Translations under genes and position numbers: made by a program
NCBI RefSeq assembly: GCF_009914755.1
Contig: NC_060940.1
Length of the DNA: 64,000 nucleotides
From: the human T2T-CHM13v2.0 reference genome, Homo sapiens
Direction: 5' to 3' (one strand)
Notes under the pieces: model-generated
Databases searched by the model: none
Told to the model about the DNA's origin: nothing
Seen by the model: the letters and a program-made list of their open reading frames with translations, nothing else
Shown here: positions 41,561 through 56,094 of the stretch, in pieces
Position numbering within the stretch: position 1 is the first letter of the stretch
How the letters are laid out: each line of letters begins with the position of its first letter

Positions 41561-43978
41561 CAGGCATACCTCGTTTTACTGGGCTTCACTTTCTTGTGTT
41601 TTGGAGATGGTATGTCTTTACAAACTGAAAGTTTGTAGAAACCTGCATTGAGTAAGTCTACCAGTGCCATTTTTTCAACAACATGTGCTCACTTCGTGTC
41701 TCTGTCACATTTTAGTAATTCTTGCAATCTTTCAAAAGTATTTATTAAGATAAAAAACAAAAGAAATGATATAAAAATAAAGAGAAAAAGGAAGAAAATT
41801 TGTTATTATTATACCTGTCATAGTGACCTGTGATCCGTGATCTTTCATATTACTATTGTAATTGTTTTGGGGCACAATGACCCTCATCCATATAAGATGG
41901 TGAACATAATAAATGTTGTGTGTGTTCTGAGTGATCCACCAACCTGCCATTCCTTCATCTCTCTCCCTCTCCTCAGGCTTCCCTATTCCTTGAGACACAA
42001 CAGTATTGAAATTAATTAATAAAGTTATAGCGTCCTCCAAGTGTTCAAGTGAAAGGAAGAGTTGCACATCTCTCACTGTAATTCAAAAGCTAGAAATGAT
42101 TAAGCTTAGTGAGGAAGGCATATTAAAAGCAAAGACAGTCTGAAAACCAAGACTTTTGTGCCAAATAGCCAAGTTGTGAATGCAGAGAGAAAGATCCTGC
42201 ACCAAATTAAAATGTGACTCCAGTGAACACATGAATGATAAGAAAGGGAAAAACAGCCTTGCTGATACGGAGAGAGTTTGAGTGGTCTGGATAGAAGATC
42301 AAACCAGCCACAACATTCCCTAATGTTTGTAAGCCAAAGCCTAATCCAGAGCAAAGCCCTAACTCTTCAATTCTATGAAGGCTGAGAGAAGTGAGAAACT
42401 GCAGAAGAAAAGTTGAAAGGTAGCAGAGGATGGTTCATGAGATTTAAGAAACGAAGCTGTCTCCATAACATAAGTGCAAGATGAAGCAGCAAGTGCTGAT
42501 ACAGAGGCTGCAGCAAGCTATCCAGAAGATCTAGCTAAGGTCATTGATGAAATGGTTGCACCAAACAGCAGATTTTCAATGTAGACAACCTTCTATTGGA
42601 AGAAGATGCCATGTAGCATTTTTATAGCTAGAGGAGAAGTCAATGCCTGACCTCAAAGCTTCACAGGACAGGCTTACTCTCTTTTTAGGGGCTAATATAG
42701 CTGGTAACTTTAAGTCGAAGCTATTGCTCATTTACCGTTCTGAAAATCCTAGGGCACTTAAGAATTATGCTAAATCTATTCTGCCTGTGCTCTATAAATG
42801 GAACAACAAAGCCTGAATGATAGCACATCTGTTTATAGTATGGTTTACTGAATATTTTAAGCCCATTGTTGAGACCTCCTTCTCAGAAAAAAAAAAAAAG
42901 ATTCCTTTCAAAATATCAGTGCTCATTGACAATGCATGTGGTCACCCAAGAGCTCTGATGGAGATAAATGAGATTAATGTTGTTTTCATGCCTGCTAACA
43001 CAACACCCATTCTACAGCCCATGGGTCAAGGAGTAATTTCTGCTGTTAAGCCCTATTATTTAAGAAACACATTTTGTAAGGCTATAGCTGGCATTCCTCT
43101 GATAAATCTGGGAAGGATAATTGAAAACCTTCTGGGAAGGATTCACCATTCTAGACACTGTTAAGAAAATTCATGATTCATGGGAGGAAGTCAAAATATC
43201 AGCATTAACAGGAGTTTGGGAGAAGTTGATTCCAACCCTCACGGATGACTTTGAGGGGCTTAAGACTTCAGTGGAGGAAGTTACTGCAGATGTGGTGGAA
43301 ATAGCAAAAGAACTAGACTCGTAAATGGAGCCTGAAGATGTGATTGAATTGCATAATCTCATGATCAAACTTAACAGATAAGTAGTTGCTTCTTATGGAT
43401 CAGCAAAGTGTTTTTTTTTTTTTTGAGATAGAATCTACTCTTGGTGAAGATACTGTGAACAATGTTGGAATAATAACAAAGGATGTTGAATCTTACATAA
43501 ACCGAGTTGATGAAGCAGTAGCAAGGTTTGAGAGGATTGACTCCAATTTTGCAAGAAGTAAAATTGTGAGTAAAATGCTATCAAACAGCATTGCATGCTA
43601 CAGAGAAATCTGTCATGAAAGGAAGAGTCAACTGTTGCAGCCACCTTCATTGTCTTATTTTAAGAAATTGCCACAACCAGCCCAGCCTTCAACAACCACC
43701 ACCCCAATCCATCAGCAGCCATCACTGTTAAGGCAAAACAATTGTGACTTGCTAAAGGCTCAGATAATTGTTAGCATTTTTTAGCAATCGAGTATTTTTA
43801 AGTATGTACATCGTTTTTTACACTATATTGTAGTCTGCTATGCATGCAATAGCATTATGTCTAAAAAACATAATTTTTATATGCACTGGGAAGCCAAAAA
43901 ATTCACGTGAGCTACTTTATTGCTATATTTATTGTGGTGGTCTGGAACTGAACCTGCAATATTGTCAATGTGTGCCTG
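41561..43978 (+). mobile_element. Tigger1 DNA transposon, near full length (2418 bp)
   Basis: TIRs CAGGCATACC ... TGTGTGCCTG followed by TA; internal pogo-type transposase remnants. Confidence 0.95.
42027..43784 (+). pseudogene. Decayed Tigger1 (pogo/CENP-B family) transposase
   Basis: N-terminal SKCSSERKSCTSLTVIQKLEMIKLSEEG; DDE-domain pieces [12 protein letters not shown] and [18 protein letters not shown] (ORF 42817-43164); ORFs 43121-43324 and 43386-43784; multiple stops and frameshifts. Confidence 0.9.
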
Positions 43979-44242
43979 TATAAGATTCTCCATGCACTAA
44001 AAAGGACATTTGAAAGTCATGAGTAAGTTGTAGAGGAACTCTGGTGACTTGAAGCTTGTTTACTTTTAGCAGTGTGTACCTGTTGACACTTCTAGTATAA
44101 TTTATATTCTTTCTCTCATGAGTATTTTACAGGAAATGCGTTTTCCTTTGCTAGTGATATATGCACTTTGGTTTTCAGGAAGCTGTGGTGCTTTGGTTGA
44201 AGCTCTCTGTCTGTTTTAGAGAAAAGACTTACAATGACCTCC

Positions 44243-44666
44243 TGATATAGTTTGGATATTTGTCTGCTCCAAATCTCATATTGAAATTTGATCCCCAATT
44301 TTAGAGGTAGGATATAGTGAGAGGTGTGTGGGTTATGGAGGCAGATCCCTCATGGACAACTTGGTTCTGTCCTCTGGGTAATGAGTGACTTCTCACTCTA
44401 TTAGTTTTTGTGAGAGCTGACTTTTGAAAAGAGCCTGGCACCTTCCTCCCCTCTCTCTCTCTTGCTTCCTTTCTCTCTCTCCGTGTGATGCCTGCTTCTC
44501 TTTGCCTTCCACCATGAGTGGAAGCTTCCTGAGGCCCTCAGCAGAAGCTGATGCTGGTGTCCTGTTTCTTGTACAGCTTGTAGAACTGTGAGCCAAATAA
44601 ACTTCTTTTTTTATAAATTACCCAGCCTCGGGTGTTCCTTCATAGCAAGGCAGACAGTCTAGGACA
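44243..44666 (+). mobile_element. MST (MSTB-like) MaLR solo LTR
   Basis: TGATATAGTTTGGATATTTGT ... AATAAA ... AGGACA; near-TSD CCTCC/CCCCC. Confidence 0.9.
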
Positions 44667-44888
44667 CCCCCCAAATGTGAGCTGCACCATAAGGCAAACT
44701 GGGAAACCTCCTTTAGTTTTGCATATGTGAGAATTTTGATTGACTGAACCAAGGAATCACCCTCCTAACTCCACTGCAGAAGGCCATTCTCATGTCATTT
44801 GCACACGTTTAGCTTGCCTGAAGTGTGTTCTATAAAATGCACCCAGATTTTCAGGCATTTAAAATTATTATTATTTTAAATCTCCTAC

Positions 44889-45213
44889 TTTCTCTCTCTC
44901 TCTCTCTTTTTTTTTTTTTTTTTGAGATGGGGTCTTGCCCTGTCATCCAGTCTGGAGTGCAGTAGTGCAATCACAGCTCGCTTCAGCCTCCAACTCCTAG
45001 CCCCAAGCAATCCTCCTGCCTCAGCCTCTCAAGTAGCTAGGACTATAGGTACACACCACTGCACCTGGCTAATTAAATTTTTTTTTTTCTTTTTAGAGAC
45101 ATGGTCTCACTCTAGGTCTTGCCTAGGCTGTTCTCAAACTCCTGGCCTCAAAAGATCCTCCTGCCTCAGCTTCCTAAAGTGCTGGGATTGCAGGCATGAG
45201 CCACCATGCCCAG
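44889..45213 (-). mobile_element. AluJ
   Basis: (TC)n/poly(T) followed by an antisense dimer. Confidence 0.94.
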
Positions 45214-45684
45214 TTGCATGTTTTAATGGAGAGAGATGTCCTGGGCATTTGAACTGCAGATTCCCTTAAACTGGACATTGTCAGCTATTTACGTATTACA
45301 AAAACAATTGTGTTTCATATAAAGTATTAAACATCAACATTACGTCACCACAAGGGTGATTACAGCAACCTTCACTCCTAAGTGTGCGTCGCCTACACAA
45401 ACAGAGTTGTTTGTCTGCAGCATTGTTTTCATTTGGTAACAATTGTAAGAGTTGAAGTAGCACCTTAAGGAGTAATTTTCAGAGGTGAAGCAATCAGTTT
45501 TCAAAAGTGAACTCCTTATAGTTAATAACTAACCAATAAAAAAATAAAGCTATCTCCATGGCACAAATGCCCATGGCAAAAGGAAATAAGACGAGTCGTT
45601 TTAAAAGGTAGCTTTGAAAAACAAAAAAGGATTTAAAATTCAAAGACTTTGGGAAAATTCAACTTAACCAATAACATGAGTAAC

Positions 45685-45945
45685 GACTATTACTATTTCC
45701 TGAGTCCTTACCATATGCCAAATACCGTTGTACATTGTACCTGCTTCACATAAATTATTTCATCTCATTCTCACAACATTCTGTGAAGTGCGGGTACTTT
45801 ATTATCTATCCCTGTTTGCCAGATAAGAAAGCTGAGACTTCATACAGTGACTTACAAGTTCGGACAGCCTCCAGCAAACACAGGAAACAGAATTCGAACC
45901 CATGCAGTCTGCCTCAGAGCCAAAGCCCTTGGCCATTTTTCTATC
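45685..45945 (-). mobile_element. MIR
   Basis: ATCTCATTCTCACAACATTCTGTGAAG...CAGATAAGAAAGCTGAGAC...GAATTCGAACCC. Confidence 0.75.
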
Positions 45946-46024
45946 CTGCCTTCCACAGATCATTTCTGCCTACAGCAGAGGTCAGAAACTGACAACCAGC
46001 TGGCCTTACCTAGCCTTAGGTAAC

Positions 46025-46255
46025 AGTAATGGCTATTGAACACTTACTATGTGTCAGGATTATTTTACACACATTCATGTGTTCCTTCATTTAATCTTCA
46101 AAGCAACTCCATGAGGTAGGTGGCAGTTATTATCCCCATTTTACAGATGAGAAAACTGAGACCAAGAGGAAGTAACACTTCCCAAATGTTAGCAGAACTA
46201 ACATCCAAATCCAGACTGTCTCATTCCAGAATCCCCTCCTCTTCACCATTATGCT
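46025..46255 (-). mobile_element. MIR
   Basis: TATTATCCCCATTTTACAGATGAGAAAACTGAGACC. Confidence 0.85.
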
Positions 46256-48411
46256 AAAAATACAGTTGTCTGCCAACATGACAAACCTGGATGTTTCCCC
46301 AGAAAATGAAGGCTTCTGACTTGTCATGAAAAAAACAAAAACAAAACAAAAAAAACTGGAAGACTTGTCCTCTTGGACCTAGCAACAGTCACTTGTAACA
46401 ATGGGCAGCTGCCCATTTTAGATGAGGTATCTCCTACCTAGTTGCTACCACCCCTCATTTAGGCTGCTTTGCTCTTTGATTGCCGGTCTGAACTTTGGGG
46501 ACATTCTATTTTGCAGTCTCAGTCTAAGGTATCCTTAATACTGGATCTGCCTCACTTAACAAGCTAAATGTCTGTGTGTTTTATGTTTTTTATTGTAGCA
46601 CAAGTTGCTTAATGTTCTCTAAAAAGCATTCCCCACAAATAGCAGTAAATGCCTCTTTCCTATTTTCTTCCCTGTCCCTTGCCCCGAAAGTAAGGCAGCT
46701 CTGCAGAACTAGTATTTGTGCCCAACGAAGTGGGAAGATATGAGGCTGATAGACTTTTCTCTCTCTTCTTGGTTGGTGGCACTCTGGTAGTGCTTGGTTA
46801 GCGATAATGGAGCATCTCATGGCTTTGTTATGTGTCATAGTAGGCTATTGTGTGACATAGAGACACCTGGCTTTTGTACACGCCAGAGCAAAATTCAACT
46901 ACAACATCCAGAATTGAAGAGAAGGATATTGGCAGGTACATGCCTCCTTCTCAAACCAGAGATTTATATATTTAAAAAGGGCTTTTCTAAGAACTCAATC
47001 TTGATTATTTGTTCCATGTTGGGCCAAACCAGTGCATTATTGGGAAGATAATGAGTGGCATTCACCCAAGGGTAATCCTTTCAGGGATTTTGATGATGCA
47101 GTAAATCATGAGTGTAAAGCCTGAGTGGTTTATGCCATTAAAACCTCAAGATAGAATTAGACTTGTAATCACCACTTGCCCATGTTTTGTCATTTATGAT
47201 AATTATAGTAGTAATAATCCATGTATTGTTGAGAAGTAGCAGTCAGAAGCATCCATCAATTTTTTATCGACACCAAATCAAGTTGATACTTCATCTTTGC
47301 TGCAGAAATGTAGATTGAACCAATTAGTCTAAAGAAATTGGGCAGTCATTAACAATGAAGCAAGCAGTTAATCTACAGAACATTTCTGGCCCCTCTGATG
47401 CCAACAATTCCTCTTAATTATGTGGAATATCATGAGCTTCTTTGGGACTCTGTCAACAGTGCCATTGTTGGCTTACATTAGAAGGAGCATCTATGTCCCT
47501 GCTTTTATTTAAAAGAATGCAGTGCCTTCCAGCCCCCACCTTGCACTCTTAGGCGCTTCTAGGCAAATGTATTCTGAAGCAGAACACTTGAATCAAAGCA
47601 CTTCGCATTTTCTTTCATATTTAGAAATAAGAATTTTCCCCAATGGGCTTCTTTCGGTGATGGCACGTTAGCTCACCATCCCATATGTGTTAACTATTTT
47701 TGTTCACCTTACCCAAATCATGGAATAATCATCTCCTTTTAAAAAAGGAAAGAAAAGAAAAGTCAGAGTTTAAAAGAAAAATCCAACTATTTGTGAAGAA
47801 ATCCTGGTGCTAATGAGCTTTCTGCATCTGCCTCAAGTCTTTTCCCCAGGCTAGCCCAGTCTCCCTCTCTAGACATTTTCAATCAGCCTCGCCCGCAAAT
47901 TGTACTAAGCAGCTGAATAATGCAGGGTAGAAATTTCAAATATAAATATTATTTCCTATTTAGGAAATTTGGAAAAGAAAGCAGGAAAAAAATAACTCAC
48001 CCCCTGGTCCCCCACCGTGACACTACCTCTGTGAACATTTTGGTAGATATTCTTTGGGCTCTGACACGTACACACATGTTGACTTTTATCATCATCATCA
48101 TCATCATCATTATTCTAGTACTCTCTTTTTCACTTTGCTAAAGTTTGAATCATCTTTTGTAATGGATGCGTAATACTCTACCAAATATAGAGTATGTATT
48201 TGTCCATGTTTTAAATTATTTCCCTAGGAGAGCTTACCCAAGGTAAAATACTTGGTCAAAATTTATAAGCCTCTTCATAGCTCTTGGTACATACTGACAA
48301 ACTCTCTCCAAAAGGATGGTACCAATTTTTAAAATCTCACCAGTAATATATGCAGATACTGGTTTGATGTTATTGAGATTTAAATTCAGTTGTGTTGGCA
48401 TGGTTACAGCT

Positions 48412-48500
48412 TAGATAGATAGATAGATAGATACATACATACATACATCCATACATACATACATACATTCATTCATGTGTTTGTGTATGTGTATGTGTGT
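48412..48500. repeat. Compound microsatellite (TAGA)n(TACA)n(TTCA)n(TG)n
   Basis: Read directly from the sequence. Confidence 0.9.
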
Positions 48501-48526
48501 GTTACTCCTCCTTAATGGACAAATGG

Positions 48527-48900
48527 TGATATGGTTTGGCTGTGTCCCCACCCAAATCTCATCTTGAATTATAGTTCCCATAATCCCCACGTGTGATGGG
48601 AGAGACCCAGTGGGAGGTAATTGAATCATGGGGGTGGTTCCCCCATGCTAGTCTCGTGATAGTGAGTAAATTCTCATGAGATCTGATGGTTTTATAAGGG
48701 GCTTCCCCCTTTACTGGGTTCTCATTCTTCTGCTTCTTGCTGTCATGTGAAGAAGAATGTGTTTGCTTCCCCTTCTGCCATGATTGTAAGTTTCCTGAGG
48801 CCTCCCAAGTCCTGTGGAACTGAGTCAATTAAACCTCTTTCCTTTATAATTTACCTAGTTTTGGCCGTTCTCTATAGCACTGTGAGAATGGACTAATACA
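48527..48900 (+). mobile_element. THE1 (THE1D-like) solo LTR
   Basis: TGATATGGTTTGGCTGTGTCCCCACCCAAATCTC ... GACTAATACA; ATGG on both flanks. Confidence 0.94.
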
Positions 48901-48919
48901 ATGGGCACAGTATCAAATT

Positions 48920-49408
48920 GTACCCTGACTCAAATTACTGTAAACAATGCCAGTTGTTATCTCACATCACAGGAAGTTCGGAAATAGGATAGCTGTAGGT
49001 GTGATATGATCATAGGCCCAATGATGCGATTGGAGACTTGAGTTCTTTTCTTCAGTTTCTGCCATCATCACCACCCTCATGCTGGCCTCCTTTGGGCTTC
49101 AAATGCCTACAGTAGCTCCAGGCACCACATCCAGATGTAGAAACAACAGAGATAGAAGGAAATCAATTCTTCTTGTGTCTCCTTCTTAAGAGTGAGGAGA
49201 TCCTTCCTAGAAGCTCCCAACTGAAACCCCTAAACCAAGACTGACAAGGGAAACGGAAGCACCATTATCGACTGATTAACTAAGATTTACTCCCAATCTG
49301 GCAATGGAGTCAACTTCCTTTGAGTGCTGAATACCTGAATAAAATAGATTCTGTTAACAAGGAAGAAGGTGGGAATGGTTGTTGAGGCACCAACAGTGCC
49401 TCCCATAG
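48920..49408 (-). mobile_element. MLT1-type solo LTR, old
   Basis: GTAGCTCCAGGCACCACATCC, TTCCTAGAAGCTCCC, CTGTTAACAAGGAAGAAGG. Confidence 0.65.
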
Positions 49409-50701
49409 GCATCATTATTTTTTTATGTCTCTGCCATACTCATAGAATCATATACATTTCTTTAGTAACAGTTGATGCATTTAATGGGCATATGCAAAAG
49501 TTGTTGGCATATCTACCAAGTACTGGGCTTTGTCCAATGTGGAAGGTCCTCCCAGGTAGTGATCAGCCTCCACAATTCCTTTACATTTTCCTAAAAACCT
49601 ATCTCAGTGTTGGGCCCTTCAGGTAGAAACCAGGAACACCTCGGTTTCTCCTTTGGCATATAGGTTTCCTATGGGAAAGAAATAGGAGAGCTGGCTTTCC
49701 TCTTTGAGAATCTTCTGTTTGGTGGAGATTTGACATCCAGGATACCATTGTTAGGACTTCCACTGAGATGAAAGTTTACAGCCTGATGAAACAAGTCTCA
49801 CTTTCCACTTTGAATTACTCAGGCTCTGTGCATCTCTTTCCACTGCACAGCGTAGCATTTTGAACACTTCACTACTCATTAGCACCTCCAGTGAGAGATC
49901 AGAAAAGAAGGTGGCTGGGAGGGGAGGATTGAAGAATGCAGATTAGTCAAATTGTTTTTTGTTTTATCTAGTTAGAGAAACAGCTGAAATTACTGCCTCA
50001 AAAAAATTTGGAAAATTATCTAGCTTATAGTTTATTTCTATAGTTATTTTCCCACTAATTGTAAAAATTAGGAGTATTACATTTTAGAGTAAAATAATAA
50101 ATAAACAATAACAAAAAATGGCTACAACAGAAGAAAACATGTTCCTGGATTGAAGAAACCAACCTAGAAATTATACTGTATGCCTCAGAAATTTAATACT
50201 ATTTTGTCTTTCCTGTATGCAGTTGGATTATAGAGTACAGATATTGTCTCTTTATTAATGCATGATTTATAAATATTATTTGACACTAGGGATATCAAAG
50301 TGATTGTGGATCAAAGCTGCCCATCCCTTCACCCTGGTAGATGAGAACACAAAATATATCCATTTCCTATACACCATGAAGACATTGCTTCCAGTAGGTT
50401 TTCTTGCTGGAGACAAAAAGAAAAACAGAAGCACCTACTGTACTTGTGCACTTTCTGTTTTACAGTTTCATAAGGATTTTTACAACATAAGTACATGCTC
50501 TATGATATTACATACCTTTCCACCACTTATATAATCAAGTGCAATTATACTGACTGCTTGAATAGATGATGGGAAAAATGACTTGAATCAAAAATTACAC
50601 AACAGAACGCTGTTTCAGAAAGGCTTTTGGAGTGTACGTGCCACAGACCCCAAAAAGAGATGGATCAAGATGATTATAATAGCCTTGAATTTTCCTAGGT
50701 T

Positions 50702-51000
50702 GGTTGAGTGTGGTGGCTCATGCCTGTAATCCCAGCACTTTGAAAGGCTGAGGCAGGCGGATTACTTGAGGTCAGGAGTTCGAGTCCAGCCTGGCCAACA
50801 TGGCGAAACTTCATCTCTACTAACAATACAAAAATTAGCTGGGCATGGTGGCACATGCCTGTAATCCCAGCTACTTGGGAGGCTGAGCAGGAGAATCCCT
50901 TGAATCTGGGAGACAGAGGTTGCAGTGAGTCAAGATGGCACCACTGTACTCCAGCTTGGGCAACAGAGTGAGACTTTGTCTCAAAAAAAGAAAAAAAAAG
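50702..51000 (+). mobile_element. AluS
   Basis: Full dimer; TSD GAATTTT(T)CCTAGGTT. Confidence 0.96.
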
Positions 51001-51487
51001 AATTTTCCTAGGTTATGGCACCAAGAATAACTTGTACCATTTTGGAAGATTCATCTTTTTTCCCACATAACACAATGTAGCATGTAGTATATGTGACACA
51101 TACCATAGCTACCTGTGCAGGAGCTTGGTGAGTTCTGGTTTTGTCTTTCTTCCCCTCAATTTCTATCCCTTCTTTTCTTTGTGCTTCTTCCACTCTCCTC
51201 TTTCTATTCTTCTACCATCCTCATCTTTTCATTTAGAGGCTTGGAGAAGAGCTTAAAACAATAGGTGATGGGGAGAAATGTAGTTTCTTCATGCAACATA
51301 ATTTCCCCCTGCAGTAATCCATGGATCAACACATTTGAGGGCAGCTGGTTTAGAAGAGGCCCTTACAATTGTCTTAACTTACTCCTCAGAGGGTAGGCTG
51401 GGTGTATAGCCTACATGGCTATACATGGCCATGTAGGCCATGTAGGCCATTAGATTACATGGCCTTTACAAGGAATTTTTGGGTGGT

Positions 51488-51798
51488 TTTATTGTTTGTT
51501 TGTTTGTTTGTTTGTTTTTGAGACAGAGTCTCCCTCTGTCACCCAGGCAGGAGTGCAGTGTCGCAATCTCGGCTCACTGCAACCTCCGCCTCCTGGGTTC
51601 AAGCAATTCTCCTGCCTCAGCCTCCTGAGTAGCTGGGACTACAGGAGCACACTATCACACCCAGCCAATTTTTGTATTTTTAGTGGAGACAGGATTTCCC
51701 CATGTTGGTCAGGCTGGTCTCGAACTCCTGACCTCATGATCCGCCTGCCTTGGCCTCCCAAAGTGCCAAGATTACAGGTGTGAGCCACCGCGCCTGGC
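51488..51798 (-). mobile_element. AluS with (TTTG)n tail
   Basis: Antisense dimer; TSD TTGGGTGGT. Confidence 0.96.
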
Positions 51799-52399
51799 TT
51801 GGGTGGTGTGATTCTTATGTAGGAGAAAAAAGAGGAACATAAATGCAGAACACAATTATGCAAAATTAGGAGCCTTTAAAATGAAATATGATATTGTAGG
51901 TAGTTTCTTCAAAACAACATACTAGTTTTTTATACTTGTTTATTCATCACTGAAAACAAAACATATGGAAAAGGCAATTTTTCTCCCAGCCAACCCCTTT
52001 TCCTCGGATATTTTTTCAAGAAAAATTTTACAGCAGATGTTTTCAAATAGATTTCTATTTATTTGTGGGCTACCATTATATCAGTAGGATTTCTCTAGAA
52101 CCTTTCCATCACTTCACCTGAGTTTTCTTTATCGGAAGAAAAAAACAAAAAAACAAAAAGAAATGTCTGATCACCTGCCCTAAGTCTACAGTTGAGAGCA
52201 GTTTTGGGGACTAGTAAGTCATGTTCTCTTAAGGACAGCGTCTCCTAGGTGAGCGGCTCGTAGTCCATATGGAGCAAATTAGACAGTGAAAGAATGGTGC
52301 TGCTACTGTTTCTGATTGGTTACGGTAGTATTAAAAAAGAACAACAACCGACTTGCCCAGCTCTGAAGAAGAAAGATGGATAAAATGCTCTTTGAACAC

Positions 52400-53450
52400 A
52401 CTAGTCTTTTTTTTTTAATGTCTGTACAGAAGGGTTGCATTTATATTTGGCTTTCCAGACCTGTCTCTTGACCTTCTAATTACTTTATTTGAAACAGCAG
52501 TGAGGGTATAATAAACCTGGAGGTTGTCTCTCCTTTGCTTTATCATAAATTAAAGCTGCTGGTTTGTTGAGGTGAAAGTGGAGGCTGAATGTTCATTACT
52601 GCTCAAGTGACGGCTTGTCAATAGCAGTGCTTTTTAGTTTGTTCTAGTCAGCACTTGCTGTGCATTTTGTTGGACCACTGGGAAATAAATACAACAAGAT
52701 TATACATTTGGAATACCACAAGAGTTCACAAAAAAAACCACAAATGATAAATTATACACTTGGTAGAAAGTGACATGCTATCTTGTGCTATTAACAACCA
52801 AAGATAATTGCAACGAATTGTAATTGCAGTTTGCAACTTACAGTACAGTGTGTCCAACATCAATCTTAATAGTGAACAAAGCAATTTATATTAAAACTTA
52901 ATTCACTTGGTAACTTTCCGCTGTATACACGGGAGCTAACAGATGTAGCTTTTCAGAAAGTTCAAAGGCATTTGAAACATGGAGAGAAATGCTAATGCAG
53001 TAAGCCTTGGAGAAATATTGCATTACTACTTGTAATGAAAACAAATGTATGTCATTATCTCCTAGTTTGTGTTTATTTAATAAAATATGCAGTTTGCACA
53101 TTGGTGAATTCAGTGTTTCTGAATGGATATGGAATAATGTTCTGTTCAGAATCAAAGGCCAAACAGGACTAGCAATTACGCATCTTCTGTAAATAGTCTG
53201 CTGTAGCATGCACCTTGATGCTTGAGTGGGTTTTGTATGAGGTGTAACAGCAAACCGGGGTAACTTTATTCATGACTTTCCTTAGATTGGATGTCTTTGA
53301 AGCAAGAAAGGGAGATCTCCTGGAATTACTTAAGAGAACAAGCATATTTGTTTTGTGAGCTTGACTGATGGCCGGTAGAGCAGTTGAGTGAAATCTCTAA
53401 ACTGATTAGGGCTTTCGTTCAAATAATCTTCTACCGTTTTCATTAATTTA
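52400..53450. promoter_or_regulatory. Candidate enhancer / conserved non-coding block
   Basis: No recognisable TE; motifs TCATAAA 52543, ATAAATA 52685, AACAAAG 52875, TGTTTAT 53070, ATCAAAG 53151. Confidence 0.3.
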
Positions 53451-54179
53451 TTCCTTAATGCTATTTTGCTGCTCTTCTACCAAGGATAATAATCTCACAC
53501 TCGCTGACCTCCATGAGTGGATGACCTGGAGCTCATAACTAATCTTATTTACTCTTCTGACCAGCCCAACTTCATTTACCTTGACTGGATAAAGAGCCTT
53601 CCGTTGCTAAGCCTCCGTTCCTTCGTAGCATTCTCGTTAATCTACAGTGAAGGGGGAACGATGGGCTTTCCCAATCAAGATCCCAAAGCATGCTGGGGCA
53701 CTGGGAACTTCGTGCGATTTCTCTTCCTTTCTTGAAAACATGTTTCCACTTTATTGTTCCCCCTTTTTGATTTGAAAATAATAGAGAAAAATGGGGGAGT
53801 GGGACTTCACCATGGTCCCACTCTCCTAATACAGCTATTTTTACCTTGAAAGTTAATTTCCAGCCATTGACCATAGGAATGTGTGGGTTAATTTAGGTAT
53901 TGTTGTTGAGTACATGAAATTTTGTATCATGCTTTTTTATTTAATGCTACATTGTTTCCTGTGTTGCTTCATAATTTTATAATTATGCATTTTAAAGACT
54001 GATAATGCGTTGTTTATATACTATTTTGGGTTTAATTGTTCCCCAGTATTGAAGTTAGGTTACTTCTACTTAGTTATGCTATTAGGAATAATGCTGCAAT
54101 AAAAATCTCTGTTTTCTTCAATTAGATGGTTTCTCTTGAATATAATATTACAAATGGAATTATTAAGTAAAAGGTATAA

Positions 54180-54539
<360 letters not shown>

Positions 54540-54609
54540 TTGGCTGGTTTTATGTTAGTTTGTATTGCCACCAGCGATAGAGAAGTATATAATTTTATCA
54601 CAGTAGCTT

Positions 54610-54822
54610 TGAGAATTATCCTGACTCTTCCACTTACAAACTACATGGCATTGGGCAAATTACTTAACCATTCTCCCTCGGTTTTCCCATCTGAATAAAG
54701 GGAATAATAGCAATGCTTAACTCATAGGTTATTATAGGTATTATATTAGTTTATATATTTAAATATCAGGGAGTAGTGTCTGCCACAAAGGAAACACTCC
54801 ATAAAGGTAAGCTGTTATTATT
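54610..54822 (+). mobile_element. MIR
   Basis: TTGGGCAAATTACTTAACC...GTTTTCCCATCTG...CTCATAGGTT. Confidence 0.85.
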
Positions 54823-55430
54823 CCCAAAATTTAATTTTTCACCCAGTTTAATATTACCTTCTATTTAAGCTGCAGTTTTTAGAGTAAATGTTTTAATAGT
54901 CCATTGAAGCTAACTAGTCAATAGATTTTATAATCAGTAACTTCTGTATTTAATGAAAAATTTAAATCACTTAGGCAATAAGCCATTAAGAAGAACTTCT
55001 CAGTAAGAAATGTTCAGTCTGTAAGGTAGAGGCTTTTAGAAATTCCATCTCTTAATTTATAATAAAACAGCTTTTATTCCAGAATCATCTAAATGGGTCT
55101 TGAATCCTTAATGAAAGTCTGAAGGAGTTTAGTCTGGATCTCATACCTGCTCCTCCATTAGGGGAGGCCAGAGCCCCTTGATGACAGTCCCACTAAGACT
55201 GCACACTATAAGGGGAAGAAATTTCCCAGACGAAATTGGAGCACTGTTAATACTAGAAGATAGAGAAATGGAGGCTGGACAGCTAAAAATCACAAAGGTA
55301 CACCAAACTTCTTAAAGACCTTATTACTACAGTATTCTCAACACTAGTGATTGGGAAAACAACTAAATGATTGTAGACACCTTGAAGTATTTGGGTCACC
55401 CAGTAACCACTGCCTATGACATTTATCCTA

Positions 55431-56053
<623 letters not shown>

Positions 56054-56094
56054 TCAGCACAACATTGAGAACTCATATAATTAGGCATTTTGCT

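Noticed and set aside
42817-43784. Active or domesticated transposase gene
   Set aside because: Start codon lost, several frameshifts and stops, element-like TIRs retained
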